A stretch of 63,310 nt of DNA, the filler included, from Asterionella formosa (Eukaryota), in assembly GCA_002256025.1 (NCBI GenBank). It is 14 parts of 14 records of this genome, joined end to end, with 100 filler letters (N's around TTAATTAATTAA, not from the genome) between each part and the next. Parts side by side here need not be neighbours in the genome. Positions count along the whole stretch, not along the records: positions 1 to 1,047 come from NKIB01004710.1; positions 1,148 to 18,002 come from NKIB01004711.1; 12 more parts are not named here. One strand, given 5' to 3'. Under the pieces are notes generated by a model, which was given only the letters and a program-made list of their open reading frames with translations, did not search any database and was not told where the DNA came from. The first letter of the stretch is position 1, and each line of letters opens with the position of its first letter. A program made the position numbers and the translations under genes. Positions 1 to 13,010 of this stretch are shown piece after piece.

Positions 1-25
1 GAAATCTACAAAGCTAGATCGAGAA

Positions 26-730
26 ATGAATAGGCTATCAACAGGCCTTGTGACCTCGCCTACACCTACTCGTGCAGGTACACGTCAGCAATCATCCGCA
101 GCACGCACGCTTAATTTGGATGACGACACGAATGAAAACCTCCAAGAGCACGAACCTAACGAGGAAGCACATTCAACGAGCCTAGCTTCCGACCCACTGG
201 AACCCAAGAGCTACAAGCAGGCACTACTAAGTAACGAAAAAGACGAATGGACCAAGGCAATCAAAGCTGAAATTGAAAACTTCTACTCCCGCAAAGTGTG
301 GAAGCTACATCCTCGTAAGAATCTAAATGGACGAAAGCCACTTGGAGCAAAATGGGTATTTAAAAAGAAGAATGAGCACGACAACACTACGCGCTACAAG
401 GGCCGCATCGTGGTAAAAGGCTACGTGCAGATACCAGGTGTCGACTTCACAGACTCATTCGCACCTGTTGTTACGGATACAGGCCTACGTATTTTGTTTG
501 CGCTCACCCTACACAGAAAAGATTTTGTTTGTGAAATTGTGGACATCGAAGCGGCATTCCTCGAAGCCGACCTCGACGAAGAAATCTACATAGAATGGCC
601 AGATGGAATCGCTGACTTCCACTACGAAAATGAAACGACTATGACTGACAACTGCATCCGACTGGACAAGGCAATGTACGGCACGGTACAAGCTGCACGG
701 CAATGGTTCAAGAAACTCCGAGACTGCCTA
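26..730 (+). mobile_element. Ty1/copia LTR retrotransposon reverse transcriptase (RVT_2) fragment, truncated at ~730
   Basis: ORF 26..775 carries Copia RT motifs: EPKSYKQAL, KWVFKKK, RYKGRIVVKGYVQIPGVDFTDSFAPV, DIEAAFL and LDKAMYGTVQAARQW. Homology stops after ...KKLRDCL, before the YVDD motif. Confidence 0.93.
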
Positions 731-910
731 CCGTATACTTCATTGTCCTGGACCCCCCAATGTACACTGCCGTGACTGAATTTGACTGATTTTACTTAAG
801 GGGGGCCCAGGACAATGAAGAGATTTCCCTTATAATGGACCTAAGTAAATTTCTTTAGTTCTACAGGATAGCGCACATTTTTCTAAGATGTATTAATATG
901 ACAATTATTT
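731..910. repeat. Dispersed repeat / DNA-transposon end with a 21-bp internal inverted repeat, interrupting the Copia RT
   Basis: 738-758 CTTCATTGTCCTGGACCCCCC and 800-820 GGGGGGCCCAGGACAATGAAG are reverse complements at 20/21 positions. Segment 772-910 has a diverged copy at ~45995-46142. Confidence 0.6.
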
Positions 911-1047
911 CCGTCTTGTGAAAAATGAGAGAGTTCTTCACCTCGCAAGAAAAACGCGACTTCATGTTGTTATCGGCGATCTCAATTTTCGTTGTCATTA
1001 TTAGTGTTATTACTTTACTTCTTTTACGATTGTATTTTCCATGTCGT

Positions 1048-1147
1048 NNNNNNNNNNNNNNNNNNNNNNNNNNNNNNNNNNNNNNNNNNNNTTAATTAAT
1101 TAANNNNNNNNNNNNNNNNNNNNNNNNNNNNNNNNNNNNNNNNNNNN
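1048..1147. other. Artificial contig spacer N44-TTAATTAATTAA-N44 (first of 13)
   Basis: The same 100-nt spacer, with stops in all six frames, has its 12-mer at 1092, 18047, 19194, 20341, 21487, 22633, 23779, 24925, 26071, 27217, 44141, 45286 and 46431. Confidence 0.97.
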
Positions 1148-1866
1148 GTAGATAATTCGGCAGTCCAATTTTAGGTTTGAGCAGGAACCATTGAGCAACA
1201 TCAGGAGTTTAGAAATATATTCATCATCAGCCACATCAAAAATGGATAGAGCCCTGAATAGTAATATGCATGATAAATGATCACACAAGAATGATTGTAA
1301 CAAGCATCAAAAGAGATGATGTTTTTAAGCAACTAAAGTATGAAACGGAAATCAAAAGATAGAAAGCCACAATGATGAGCAGGGAGTAGAATAAATTGTG
1401 AAAAAGAAATTGAGCTAGCAAGTAAGTGGAAAATTCGTGTGAAAAAATGTCAATGCATGCTGTTCATCAACAATTGTTAACTTACACTTCTTTCATGTCG
1501 TAGAAGCAAAATGAAATATCTGTTTGCGTTGTCTTGATGCCATTGCCATGAATTCCCCAACTGTAGTGTTTGTGTCAAATGCCAAATGAACATCTATGCG
1601 ATCGCCGTTTTATGCTGCTCCTGAAATAAGCTTTGTCTGCTTTTCCATCTCCCCCTCCTCTTCCTGATCTCTTTTATCTGAATTCATTCCTATCTAATGA
1701 TTCTGTCCCACATGAATGATTTGTTCTTTCGTTACTTGGTTGGCCGCTTGGATAATGCCTTTTGTCATGGTGAATCAGTCGTTTTTAGTAATTATTAACT
1801 ATCAGGACCCGGACGTTTCCTGTAGCTTGAATACCACCAAATTCTGTGATCAGCGCTGTAGTACAG

Positions 1867-2704
1867 TACCAGTAAAAAAATGCATTGACCCACTGGGAAA
1901 AATTTCGAACTGCATTGACCCACTGACGGTATAAAAAACACGTTTTGTTTTGAAAAATCATTCATTCTCTATTTCTTAAGCTCCAGAATGTATCTTGTGC
2001 ATATACCGGATGGAGTCATACTCTTAGTTCTCAATCGATTGGACGTCGATCTTTCGTTAATTTAGGTCAAAAGTGGTGATCGGAAAAAAAGTGAAAAGCA
2101 CGGATTATCCCAAGTTTGGAGTTCTCATCTTACATTGTGTACAACGATAAATATAAATTTCTCGCATTTTGTGTCTTATCCATAACCTTGTCAATAATAA
2201 TTCAGTAAATAAAAATTGATGAAACCCGGTGCAGCCGTGTAATACCAGTATCTATGTAGGCAGACCATTATAATTGGTACGGAGTACCTTGTACCTGGTC
2301 TATAAATATGTACCAATGGCTGTGCAGAAAACTCATACTGTACATCTATTGTACCTGGTACCAGGTACCGGTATCATGTATGGAGCATCATGCATTTTAT
2401 GTCTTTTCGCTTTGAACCAAACAGGATAATCCGTGTTCACCAACGAATATAAAATTACTTTCAGGTATGGTAAAAATTTCATATACTGCATTGACCCACT
2501 GAGACTGAATTTTACGTCTAGATGTATATAAATATCTTCTGAACCATAAGATATGTTCAATTTAACTAGGAAAAGGATGCTAATGTACCGACGCCTTATG
2601 CCATCAATACTTCCGAACAGATTTTAGAGAGGGGATCTAAGTGTTAGTCGAATTAATCAAACGAATGGGATAAAACAGTGGGTCAATGCAGTTTTTTACT
2701 GGTA
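1867..2704. mobile_element. Non-autonomous TA-flanked DNA transposon (MITE, Tc1/mariner-like), ~0.84 kb
   Basis: Left end TACCAGTAAAAAAATGCATTGACCCACTG (1867-1895) and right end CAGTGGGTCAATGCAGTTTTTTACTGGTA (2676-2704) are inverted at 28/29 positions, including the flanking TA. Internal copies of ACTGCATTGACCCACTGA lie at ~1909-1926 and ~2485-2502. Confidence 0.8.
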
Positions 2705-3495
2705 GTAGTCTTTCGTAAACTCGTCTTTATACTTGGCAAAAAAGTGTGAAGTATTAAAAAATACTTTTTGTATGACAATCGAGTAAAATAAAACAAGTGA
2801 GGTTTGAGGGTAAAAAATCTTCATATAAAGATTTAAAAAGTATACTGAAAGACAACATTATGAGTCAAAATGGATAAAATTAAATGGCTTAGATATCCAT
2901 ATCTGTATGTTTTACTTCAGAACTGATTAAATGATAGCTATCCCTACCGGTAGCATTCTATCGACTACAATAAAGTTCATACTCGTCGGCTGTTTCGAAT
3001 TTTATCATTTAAGAAACTTCGATAATTCTAATCAGAAGAAGGAGTTATTAAACGTTGATGGGCAATGTAGTACAGGTTGTGAATTGCCAAGCTAAGCCCC
3101 TACTTGGCAGGAGTCTGCCTACAACTCGTCATCTAGTCGTAGTGGCTTGGGAGGCGTGCGAAGGTTTACTACAGAACGAGGGGTGCCCAGCAACAATCTG
3201 GCCGTCACTCGTTCTTTTATACTTGATTTTTTGGATCATGCATTGTTACGGTTTTTGTTTCTTCCTTCTCGTGATGCCACGCGCGACTAGAGGAAAATTA
3301 CCGGTACTGCTATTATGTGTGACGACGAGGATGGATGATTTTTTCACATGTACGTGATGAAACTCTGCCTTTTTGCTTGATGCCGTTTTTCTCGAGAAGT
3401 CAAAAGCGCACGGTAATATTGTCAGTAGGAGTATTGCTATGACTTAGTTGACTTATGTTTCATTAATGAGCAACAGCAATGATCACGGCGAAAAA

Positions 3496-4572
3496 ATGGC
3501 AACATTTCTGAGAGTCCTCGTCGCTGTTCTCGCTATTTATCCAGCAAAAGGATTCAATCTTCCCACGCCACGATTTTCTCAACAAAGATTCCACCTGACG
3601 AAAGGCACTAGAAGTAATGCAGCCACGTCCCTTTCCAGCGCCTCTATTTATGGCAGAGGTGCCGAGATTTGGCCAGAATGCAACGAAGATCCAGTGCAAC
3701 TCAAGGATTCCTTTCCTGATGGGATTATCCCTGAATCTGCTCTGGAAGCATTGCAGATACCGCGACCTCCCATTCCACAACCTTCTGGAAATCTTTTTCA
3801 AAGGATTCTAGCACGAAGATTACTAGGAGTTGACGTTACTCCCACAGTCATTGCCTCTCTCTTGTTTCTTCGTGGTCTCGTGAGACCCCTAGATATTATG
3901 ACTGTGATTGCTATAACCGGCTATTGGACTATCCTGCAAAGATATGCACAATCGACTCGTGCGGACGGGCTTACGCCAGCCCTACCCGCCCTTCCACCAC
4001 AAGGCCATGTTCCTGATCTTGTGTCCAATCCCTTGGGAATTTCATTCACCAATTCCAATGATTATGATCAGTGGCTCAAGATGAGTGCTCTACTTAGCCT
4101 CGTTCTACCCATTGGGCTTATTGTAAAACACTTGGCCGAGCAACAACTACTTGCTGCTAAACTCTTCGCTGGGCCCCTCTTTTTGCTTTGTTGTCAAGCC
4201 ATGAGCGAATCAATCGCAAGAAAAACTATGGTAAGAAGAGAAATTTGCGTTTGTTACCTTCGTTCGCATGAGCTTACCCGAACAAAACAACCTGTTCCCT
4301 CCTAGGCTCCACTTCCCATTCGCATCTTGATCCCTGTCTTGTACAATGCTGTCCGGCTGGTACCCCTATGGGCATGCGCATCATTTGGAATCATGGGAAG
4401 ACTAGGACGACTGGTAGCTGCCGCCAATTTGGGATACTGGGCTCTTAATCTCTTTGTTTTTTTGATACCACTTGCGACTATGAGGTACTTGCGGGCTCAT
4501 TTTTATGGCGTTGAAGCTGAAGAAGTTAAGTTGCGAAGTGGTTTTGATGCGTCTGCTGGTTTGTTGCCATGA
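3496..4572 (+). CDS. Probable plastid-targeted multi-pass membrane protein (~333 aa), similar to an uncharacterised plant membrane protein family; exons 3496-4230 and 4306-4572
   Basis: A 75-nt GTAAG...TAG intron (4231-4305) joins ORFs 3448..4305 and 4327..4572 in frame (..RKTM|APLPIRILIPVLYNAVRL..). The N-terminus is a hydrophobic signal ending AKG|F, followed by an S/T/R-rich transit-like stretch. There are several hydrophobic helices, including GRLVAAANLGYWALNLFVFLIP. Confidence 0.8.
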
Positions 4573-6351
4573 TTGCAGGTAGCCTTATCTCAATAGGAGT
4601 AAGGTTGTTTACTGCGCCAATTTCAAACTGCCAGTAAGAATAACAACTTATGCAATGTTTTGAAGTTGTAATATATAGAATTAGGAGTAGCAGGCCGAAT
4701 CTATTTTTCACTTGAAATATATTGGTACTTCTCCAGAGCACATGCCCACACAGCATGACTGAACATTGTGGTAACATTGAGATGCTGTGTTTCAAAAACT
4801 AAAAGTCACACCATAGCAAGCATTGCTCAACTCTGTGGAATTGTTTGGGAAAAGGATTCAAACTGGCATTTTGCATAATTTGTTTGCCACTAAATATTGG
4901 GCAAAAGAATACAAAATATTTCTTTTGTGTAATGAAATCACAAATTTGTGTACCTGTAAGTATGATTGCCAAATGAATGGGTGGTCACTCATGAGCAGTC
5001 TGAAGCATTTCCAGATAATGTTTAAACATGTACTTCACTTTGTTGAAAGGTCCGCCAATGCAATAAAGTGACAGAAAAAAAGAGGTGAACCGGATTGCCC
5101 TCCAAAACTTAAATCTCTTAAACCTGCAAAACAGATATTCAGAATGATTCAAGAGTGAGCTGATTCAACAGGTGCATTGATCAATCGGATTTAGGAATTG
5201 TTGATGAGGGTTAGGAGCAACAGCAGCAAGCAAGTAATGCCAGTGCGACACTGTAGCTGGAAGAAGGAGCACCACAACCTCCAAGCAACCCTGTTCTTAG
5301 TGGGGTCTCCGCAGATGAGTCATTGCATGCAGCCATGTCCAGGAAAATAGTTTCTCCATCAAATGTCGAATTTGGATAACATTTAGGGTACTACAGAAAT
5401 AAGTTTGTTTCATAGCTAATATTCATGGGTCCATCCATTGCATTGTGAACTGTGTTGATAGAATGAGGCAGGCAGGTTTACTGATGGATAACCTGCTAGC
5501 AGTCTACTTAATGTATTAGAAATGAGGTGATCATGTCATTATTGTCATCACACTACCAAGTACTTTGTGTATTCTTCATAACAACCTCACGCTCTGCACA
5601 ACCACCTTAAGCTCAGTCCAAGTTAATTTTGAAACGACTATACCGGTAAGCAATAAAATGGTGTGCCATAGGATTTCAGTAGATCTACATAAAACAGATT
5701 ATCATTTATTCAATTACTAAATATTACCTTGCTTTCCATATTTTCGTCTTCTCTTTTGTCAACTGATGTAACCTAATTTTGCAAACACATTATCACTCAT
5801 CCATCCTCACCACATCTTCATCCTTGTCAGCTGAGGCCATAATTGCTGCTGGTGGCGGTCTGCTTTCGAGACCTAAGTCAGAAGCGAGGTTAGGAGAAAT
5901 AAGTGACATAAGCGGCAAGGCTCGCTCAGTTGCAGCTTCGATGATATGTTGGAAAGATTGGTTGCCTTCATTGAGCCATTCTCTTTCACATCTTTGAGCA
6001 TGCAAGCCTCTTATGTTGCACTCTCAGCCAACAAGCTGCTGAAGCGAATCTTCGCAAATGCATCAGATGGAGGCTTGCCATGTCAAACAATAAGGATGCT
6101 ATCAAAAAAATTTCAATTAAATTTCATTGTACGTTAAAGCTATCCAAAAATCGCACTTGGGCCCTAATAAATGGACACAATGATTGCAAAGTGGAAACGT
6201 TGTTAGCGATTGTACATAGTAATGCTTTGGCAAATTTCATTGGCCAGAAAAAAACTGAAATGAAAATAAATTCTTCATAAAATTCTTTACATCAACTATG
6301 GTGGATTCACTACAAGCTGTCTTCTAAATCATGCGTAAAACACATGAATTC

Positions 6352-7855
6352 TTCATAGTAAATATTGTTGTATCGCTAAATTGAAAATTTTCGTTGGTAC
6401 AAAATGTAAGATTACCCCGTTATAGTGGTCTGAGCAGCAGTTCATAGTGGTCTGAAGCAGTTTTTGACTGGTAGCAACTTATGGGAAGTGTACTGGTACA
6501 TATTCCTGTATTGTTCTTTACCGGTTCATTTTCCACTCCCGCATATGTACAAATTTGCTCATCACTTTGGCAGCCAATTTTTCCATTCCCAGTTTAAAGC
6601 GTCCAGCCGCCACATGAAGTTCTGCCTTATACCTTTTATTTTGCGCGATTGCCAATAGCGCCGACTGGTGAGCCATCTGATCAAGATTGATGCCGACCAC
6701 TTACTTGTGGTGCTAAAGGAGGNNNNNNNNNNNNNNNNNNNNNNNNNNNNNNNNNNNNNNNNNNNNNNNNNNNNNNNNNNNNNNNNNNNNNNNNNNNNNN
6801 NNNNNNNNNNNNNNNNNNNNNNNNNNNNNNNNNNNNNNNNNNNNNNNGTTACTTGTGGTGCTAAAGGAAGTTTGATGGTCTAAGTGGCAGCACTTTTTTG
6901 TTTGTATTTGTCCCCTCCACCCTTCTCACAGGTTAGTTGTGTTTGTTGAGTCTCGTGCTGTTCTGGTCTATTGGTTAGATTATTGTTTCTCACACTGCTG
7001 ATTTCATCTGAATTACATGTAACTGGTGTCAAATTGGATGATGTAGCCAGTAGTGGTGGCTCTGGTTCCAAAGGTAAGTGTACTGCTAGTTTCAATTCAT
7101 TGTTCTGCTGGGGAACAATCCAATAGCACTAAAGAATTTAACCCCCTTACGGGCTAAAGCACTAGATCTTTGTTGTCGTTATTCAATTTCTTCAAAGGGA
7201 ACTTCACCATGTCTTTTGTTAGCCATTGTGCCAACTTTGTCTGCTACTAATTTAGCTAATAGTAGCACTGTATGGTAAAAAAGCTCCTCCATTGTTAGCC
7301 TTTTTGTAGCTTCTAGTTCTCTGCCGTGTTGTTGAGAACAAGATTTACTAAATCCTTATCTAGAGTCTTATAAACAACTCTGTACTTTGCTTATAAATAA
7401 CTCTGTACTTTGCTTGAGGTTTGGTGCTTCTTCGGTTAATTATACTAAGTTGTGAGATCCGAAAATATGAAAATATGGTATGGTGTGATGCTCATCAGAG
7501 CATTTCAGGATGCATATATGTTGACAGTACAAAATCACTAATTGCTATGATGTGAACTAGTGTTCATACATGTATAAATTGTTATGTCGCCCACAATCTC
7601 GCCATAATAATAATCCGACCGAAGAAAAGTGTGAAAGGAAGCTATATTAATTTGAGTATAAAACATAATGAATATCGTATATCAAGATGAAATGTCGGCC
7701 CAGCTCAACGATGTAATTTATTTTCTTCCGATGTGCATGACTTGTTCATAGTAAATATTGTCGTATCGCTAAAATTGAAAAACTTTGTAGCACAAAATGT
7801 ACGTAATAGTCGTCTAAAGCAGTTCATAGTGGTCCTCTTACGCAGTTTTTGACTG
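6352..7855 (+). repeat. Pair of diverged ~115-bp direct repeats (6352-6470 and 7745-7855)
   Basis: Both copies read TTCATAGTAAATATTGTyGTATCGCTAAA...CAAAATGTA...GCAGTTCATAGTGGTC...GCAGTTTTTGACTG. Confidence 0.75.
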
Positions 7856-8054
7856 TTACCACCTGGTACCAGGTACCAAGATATTCGACGCGAAGATGAT
7901 ATGAATTGCTACTTCACATGATATTGGTATTAATATTAAGCGGCGGCGCAGCATGAAAAAATGGAATTTTTATCGCGCACAGTTCACAAAGATGGTTCCC
8001 TTTTTCTAAATCACACCATTATCACCATCGTTGCCACCAAATCAAGGAAAAATA

Positions 8055-11000
8055 ATGGATGAAACGACTCAATTCGCTATGTTTACATGTGGTGAAGGGC
8101 ATCAATGTTTTCCGGTGAAAGTAGAACATGAACTCGAGGTGGATGTTCCTTTGCCTCCTGCTGCAGAAATGCCGCTTCCAAACACGATTGACTCATCCGC
8201 CACACCTGTGACCGATGGGGCAAAGTACACTTTCATGCAACGCCGAGCGCGCTGCGTGGCTCGAAATCCTTGGATACATTTCAATGTTGCTATGGGCGTC
8301 GCCCTAACTTTGTCAGTCATCGGAATGGTAGTTGGAAACTTCACCGTGTCGGTCGACAACGCGGGGTGGCAGTCGCGTGGCACTTTGATTGCGGATCGCC
8401 AAACTCAAATGTCTCTTGCATTGTACGCCCAGAAACTCATATCTCAGGAGAACACTGATGCTGTTTGGGACAACCTGCTCAACAATGTGCAGTCGGGTTG
8501 GGAAACGGTTCAAACTAGTACACGACGAAATTTGGGTGGCCAACAATCATACGATGCATCGCAGATATCTTCCTTTGGGAATGCATACCCAGCCATATTC
8601 CACAACCCTCAACTGGAAAAAAGCCCATCAATTATGAGGGACGATGGAATTGAGCGAAATTTTCAAACGAGTCAGCAGTCCGGCTCATTGCAGGACTGCG
8701 ACGTGGGATGGTACTCTGATGGGCGGATGTTCAACGAAGAACACTTGTGGCCTATCTGGAAGACAAAGAGCTCGTCGATTTCTGTTTTGGACTCTCAAGT
8801 ACTTCGGGATGTTTGCATTGCAGAAGAAACTACGCAAAAGATCCTCGAGGAAAACGGATTGTGTTTTGGGTGCAGTGGAAATCGCTGTTTGCCACCCTAT
8901 TCCATTGTGCTTTTCGCAAGGTTCACACTTGACTCGAACTTTAACATGTCATGTGAGGAGTTGGCAACAAATTGGGAGGGATATGCTCAAACAGCAGAAA
9001 AAAACATTACAGATTGTGCTGATGCCTTAAATTCTGACACTTTCACGCTTGGCAATACATTACCCGAGTCATGTCCATTTGGTATTAGCCCCACATTCCT
9101 TGACAGGTTCTTTGGCTCTAACAACGCAGTCAATCGCTACTCATCATCCATATTTGCTTCGAATGTAGCAACCGATCAAGTCAAGGCCATGTATGACATT
9201 GCTGGCAAGTTTGACAGAGCAAGCGCAAGTAAACTTGTAGCAGGAACATACGACACGCAAGTGGAGTCTTTTGTGAACTACCAAGTCGACGCAGCACTCT
9301 ACAACGATATGATTCTAGCTTTGGGATCTGCTGTTGTTACTACCGTAGCCATGATTGTCCACACTCGAAGCGCATTTTTGACGCTCATTGGTTTAGTCCA
9401 GATCATTATCAGTTTCCCCATCTCCTATTTTTTCTACACAATAATTGGCCGACTGGAGTTTTTCCCCTTTTTGAACTTCATTGGGGTTTTTGTTGTGTTT
9501 GCGCTGGGCGCTGATGATGTATTTGTTGCTGTCGATAAATGGAAAAATGCTAGATTAGCAAACAAAAATGGTTCTGTTGAAGATATTGCCGCGGCAGCCT
9601 TACCAGACGCTGCATTTGCCATGTTTCTCACGTCTATTACTACTGCTGTGGCATTTTTTGGAACTGCAATTTGCCCCGTGGCACCACTGAAGTGCTTTGC
9701 GATCTTTTGCGGCCTTTTAGTATCCTTTGAATACATTATGTGTGTCCTCCTTGTGCTGCCAGCGCTCTGCATCTACGACAATCGCAACCGTCATGGGCGC
9801 AACTGCTTTTTCTCCTGCCACTTCTGTCATAAATCTGAAGAGCACAGTCCAGACATTGACGGTGAAGAAGCCAAGCCAAGTTTGATAAAACGAATTCTCA
9901 CTTCATTTTACAATGGGCTGCATTTCATACGATGGCCACTATTTGTGGCGTGCTTTGCGGCTTTGGGGGTGTGCATTTATTATGCCATGAAATTGCAGCT
10001 TCCCAATTCTTCTGATGTTCGCTTGCTCGATCCCAAACGTAGTCAGTATGAGACCAACTTCGAGTGGCGCCTAAACCTTCTTTTTGACACACTGAACAAG
10101 AAGGGAGGTAGTCAAGGCTTTGTTGCCTGGGGACTCTCGCCTGCTGACACTGGAAATCACAATGATCCCAACACTTGGTCTCAACTCAAGCTTGACAATA
10201 GTTTTGATCCATCATCCATTGATGCGCAGTTGTACCTTGCTTCATTTTGTGACAATTTGTTATCCACAGATTTTGCCTCCAAGACTGATGTGAATTACAA
10301 TTGCTCCATCAACAACTTTGACATCTGGTTGCAAGAACAGGCTAACTCCACATCTCCAACCGATATTTATCTCGACAAATGCAATGGCACCGCTGGCCTT
10401 CCAGTACCAGAGGCCATTTTTAATCCTTGTTTTTCAACGTGGGCAATGGCCTTTGGCGATACTACCGTTTTATCAAGAAATGGCATCGTTGAAATCATGT
10501 ATTTTGAATTCCAGTGCCGTGTCCGTTATGACAGCCCATACGATACCCTGGACAAGGAGTGGCATTTGATTGAAAGCTGGATGTCTAATGAAAGAGCAAT
10601 AGCCCCTTCTGGAGTGAATGCATTGTTTCACAGCAGCGAGGATTTCTGGTGGTACGACACAAATGGTCAAATGTTGTATACAGCGTATGGAAGTGCTGCA
10701 ATTGCCGTGGGTGCGGCTGCCTTTGTTGTCCTCTTCTCCTCACGATCAATCATGTTAACTCTTTTTGCCCTTATCACGATCATGTATATCCTTACTGCTA
10801 CAACTGCCATGCTTGTTGCTAGTGGATGGACGCTTGGTTTCCTGGAGGCGATTTGCTTTGCTATCCTAATCGGAGTGAGTTGTGATTTCGTTCTTGTAAG
10901 TAGGCAACGCATTATGGTGTGGTCAAAAGTGATAAAAATATTTGATTTCGAGATTTGCTGACACATTTCTGTGAAACCGATCATCAACAGCACTTTGGTT

Positions 11001-11362
11001 ACTCCTACGCATCTCTGAAAGGTGACGTAGATCGTCACGAGAGAAGTAAACATGCATTAATCACAATGGGACCGAGCATCCTTGCCGGTGCCTTCACAAC
11101 CATATGTGCCGCCTTGATCATGCTATTTTGCGTGATCACCTTCTTTCAACGATTTGCAACTATTTTATTTTACACTATTCTCCAGGCCACTGTCGCATCT
11201 TTTGTCTTCTTTCTCACATTAACTGATACGATCGGCCCCTCGCAACCAACCTACTTGGCGGATCAATGCGCTCTCAGGCTTAGCAAAGTGGATTGCAAGG
11301 AGAAGATAGTCGTAAATAACGACTTGGAAAAGGAGACAGCCTTGAAGGCAACAATTGCCTAG
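8055..11362 (+). CDS. Dispatched/Patched-family (RND superfamily) sterol-sensing-domain membrane protein, ~1070 aa; exons 8055-10895 and 10991-11362
   Basis: The topology is TM + Cys-rich luminal loop + 5 TM, present twice. It has the SSD motif FVVFALGADDVFVAVDKWK and AMFLTSITTAVAF. A 95-nt GTAAG...CAG intron (10896-10990) restores IGVSCDFVL|HFGYSY, followed by MGPSILAGAFTT. Confidence 0.92.
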
Positions 11363-13010
11363 TGGTGCCTTGCGATCATGAGATCTAAACTCCCCTCGAG
11401 CAGAGAATTTTGCCTCTATATTTGTAATCCTGATAATTATGTATATCGAGGGAAAGTTGGAACGCAACGTACTCTGAAGAATTCATGCAGACTCCAGTAC
11501 TAACTGCATGTATTTTTCAGCGTTCATTCCTTTGCCAATACACATGGTTGGTGTGGCTTATATTATTGAGTTACAGCTCAGCTCAGGACAACACTCACAT
11601 TCGTTTACAATTTCATGTTATCAAAATTGTATCCACTTCGTCTGAGGATTGTATTGTCGCCACCAGTTTAGATGATCTCTTGATGTAGGAATTATCAAGC
11701 TTGTTTCTCCTTGAGTAATAATAATCAAGAGTTGACATTCTTTCATTCTATCTTCCTATAGTGGCGCGATGATCGAGGTTATATAAGTCGTAGAGATTTA
11801 GTGGAGGGTGGTGGGATTCAACTGGGATACACTAACAGGTACCGGTAATTGGTGACTTTATCGTTGCATACCGGTAGTTAGTCTATATTCATATCTATGT
11901 ATTTGCTATACTTGTTGAGAAATTAAAGATTTATTTGCTTCTTTTAAATGTATGAAAATTGACTGACATAGAAAATCAAGACAATAACATAATGTATACA
12001 ATAAACTTTGGCACTCTTGCAGCACAGAGGAAAGCAACAACAGTGAAAGTATTATTAATTTGGTCCTGTCTGACCTATAGTAATTTGTACTTCACAACAA
12101 ACATGTAAATAAATAGTACAAGTCCTATTATGCTTATACAAAATCATAGATCCGTCTGCAAGGACTACCAGTAGAATACTGATTCATTCTGATTCTTACT
12201 CTTAATGTAGAAACTAACTCAATCATATATACGGGTATTATGTTGCTGAAAGGTCACGTACTCCTTCCTGTCTGATTGGTATCTTCTTACGTAGGTCTTA
12301 CCTGAAGTATTATTGTGATGGTTGCTTTACTAGGAGATCAGGTATTATGAAAAGAGCTGATAGGTGTTGACTACCTGTATCTACTAGGTACCTGGTCTAA
12401 TAATATTGTACCTGCAAGTTGCAGTGAATCTGCTATATCTAGCAGTGCTACACACAACAATGTGCAGGAAATCATGTATCAATTTTTGATATCCATGAAA
12501 AAACCGGCTGACTTGTTGTTCCAATTTACATTTAGCTTTAATCTGATTTAGCCTGAAATATTGAGACAAATCTGTTTTGCTTATTCTGCCATTTGCATCT
12601 ATTGGTTTTCCTAAACGTAGCACTGTTTTGTTTAAATTAGCTTTGCTTAAAGTACTGGTAGTTTTGCTTGAAGCAAGAAGCAAAATTACTGCAACCGGTA
12701 CCAGTATGTGATATTACTCAGAGTACACCTGACTGTGTGCCATGCGCATGATATTGCTCTTGAAAATGCGCCTACATATGATTTACACCAATATCAATGA
12801 GAAGGAATACTCCTGGTGGTGTCCCAGGTACTCCGGAGTAACAACTGCTGAAGGCAAGACACACTGGAGGTGGTGGTCTCATGCCATCTGGTAAACATGT
12901 ACTCGGCTGGGATGGCACTCATAGGGTGACCTTCTTGCAGCACTAGAGGCGCCACTCATACGGTAAACCTCCATGCGCCACCCAGCCTCGAACGCATGTT
13001 TACGAGAAGG

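Noticed and set aside
1480..1660. Possible CHAT-domain-like pseudogene on the minus strand (DVHLAFDTNTT...IFHFAS)
   Set aside because: Too short, interrupted by stops and lacking the catalytic HG motif, so it cannot be supported.
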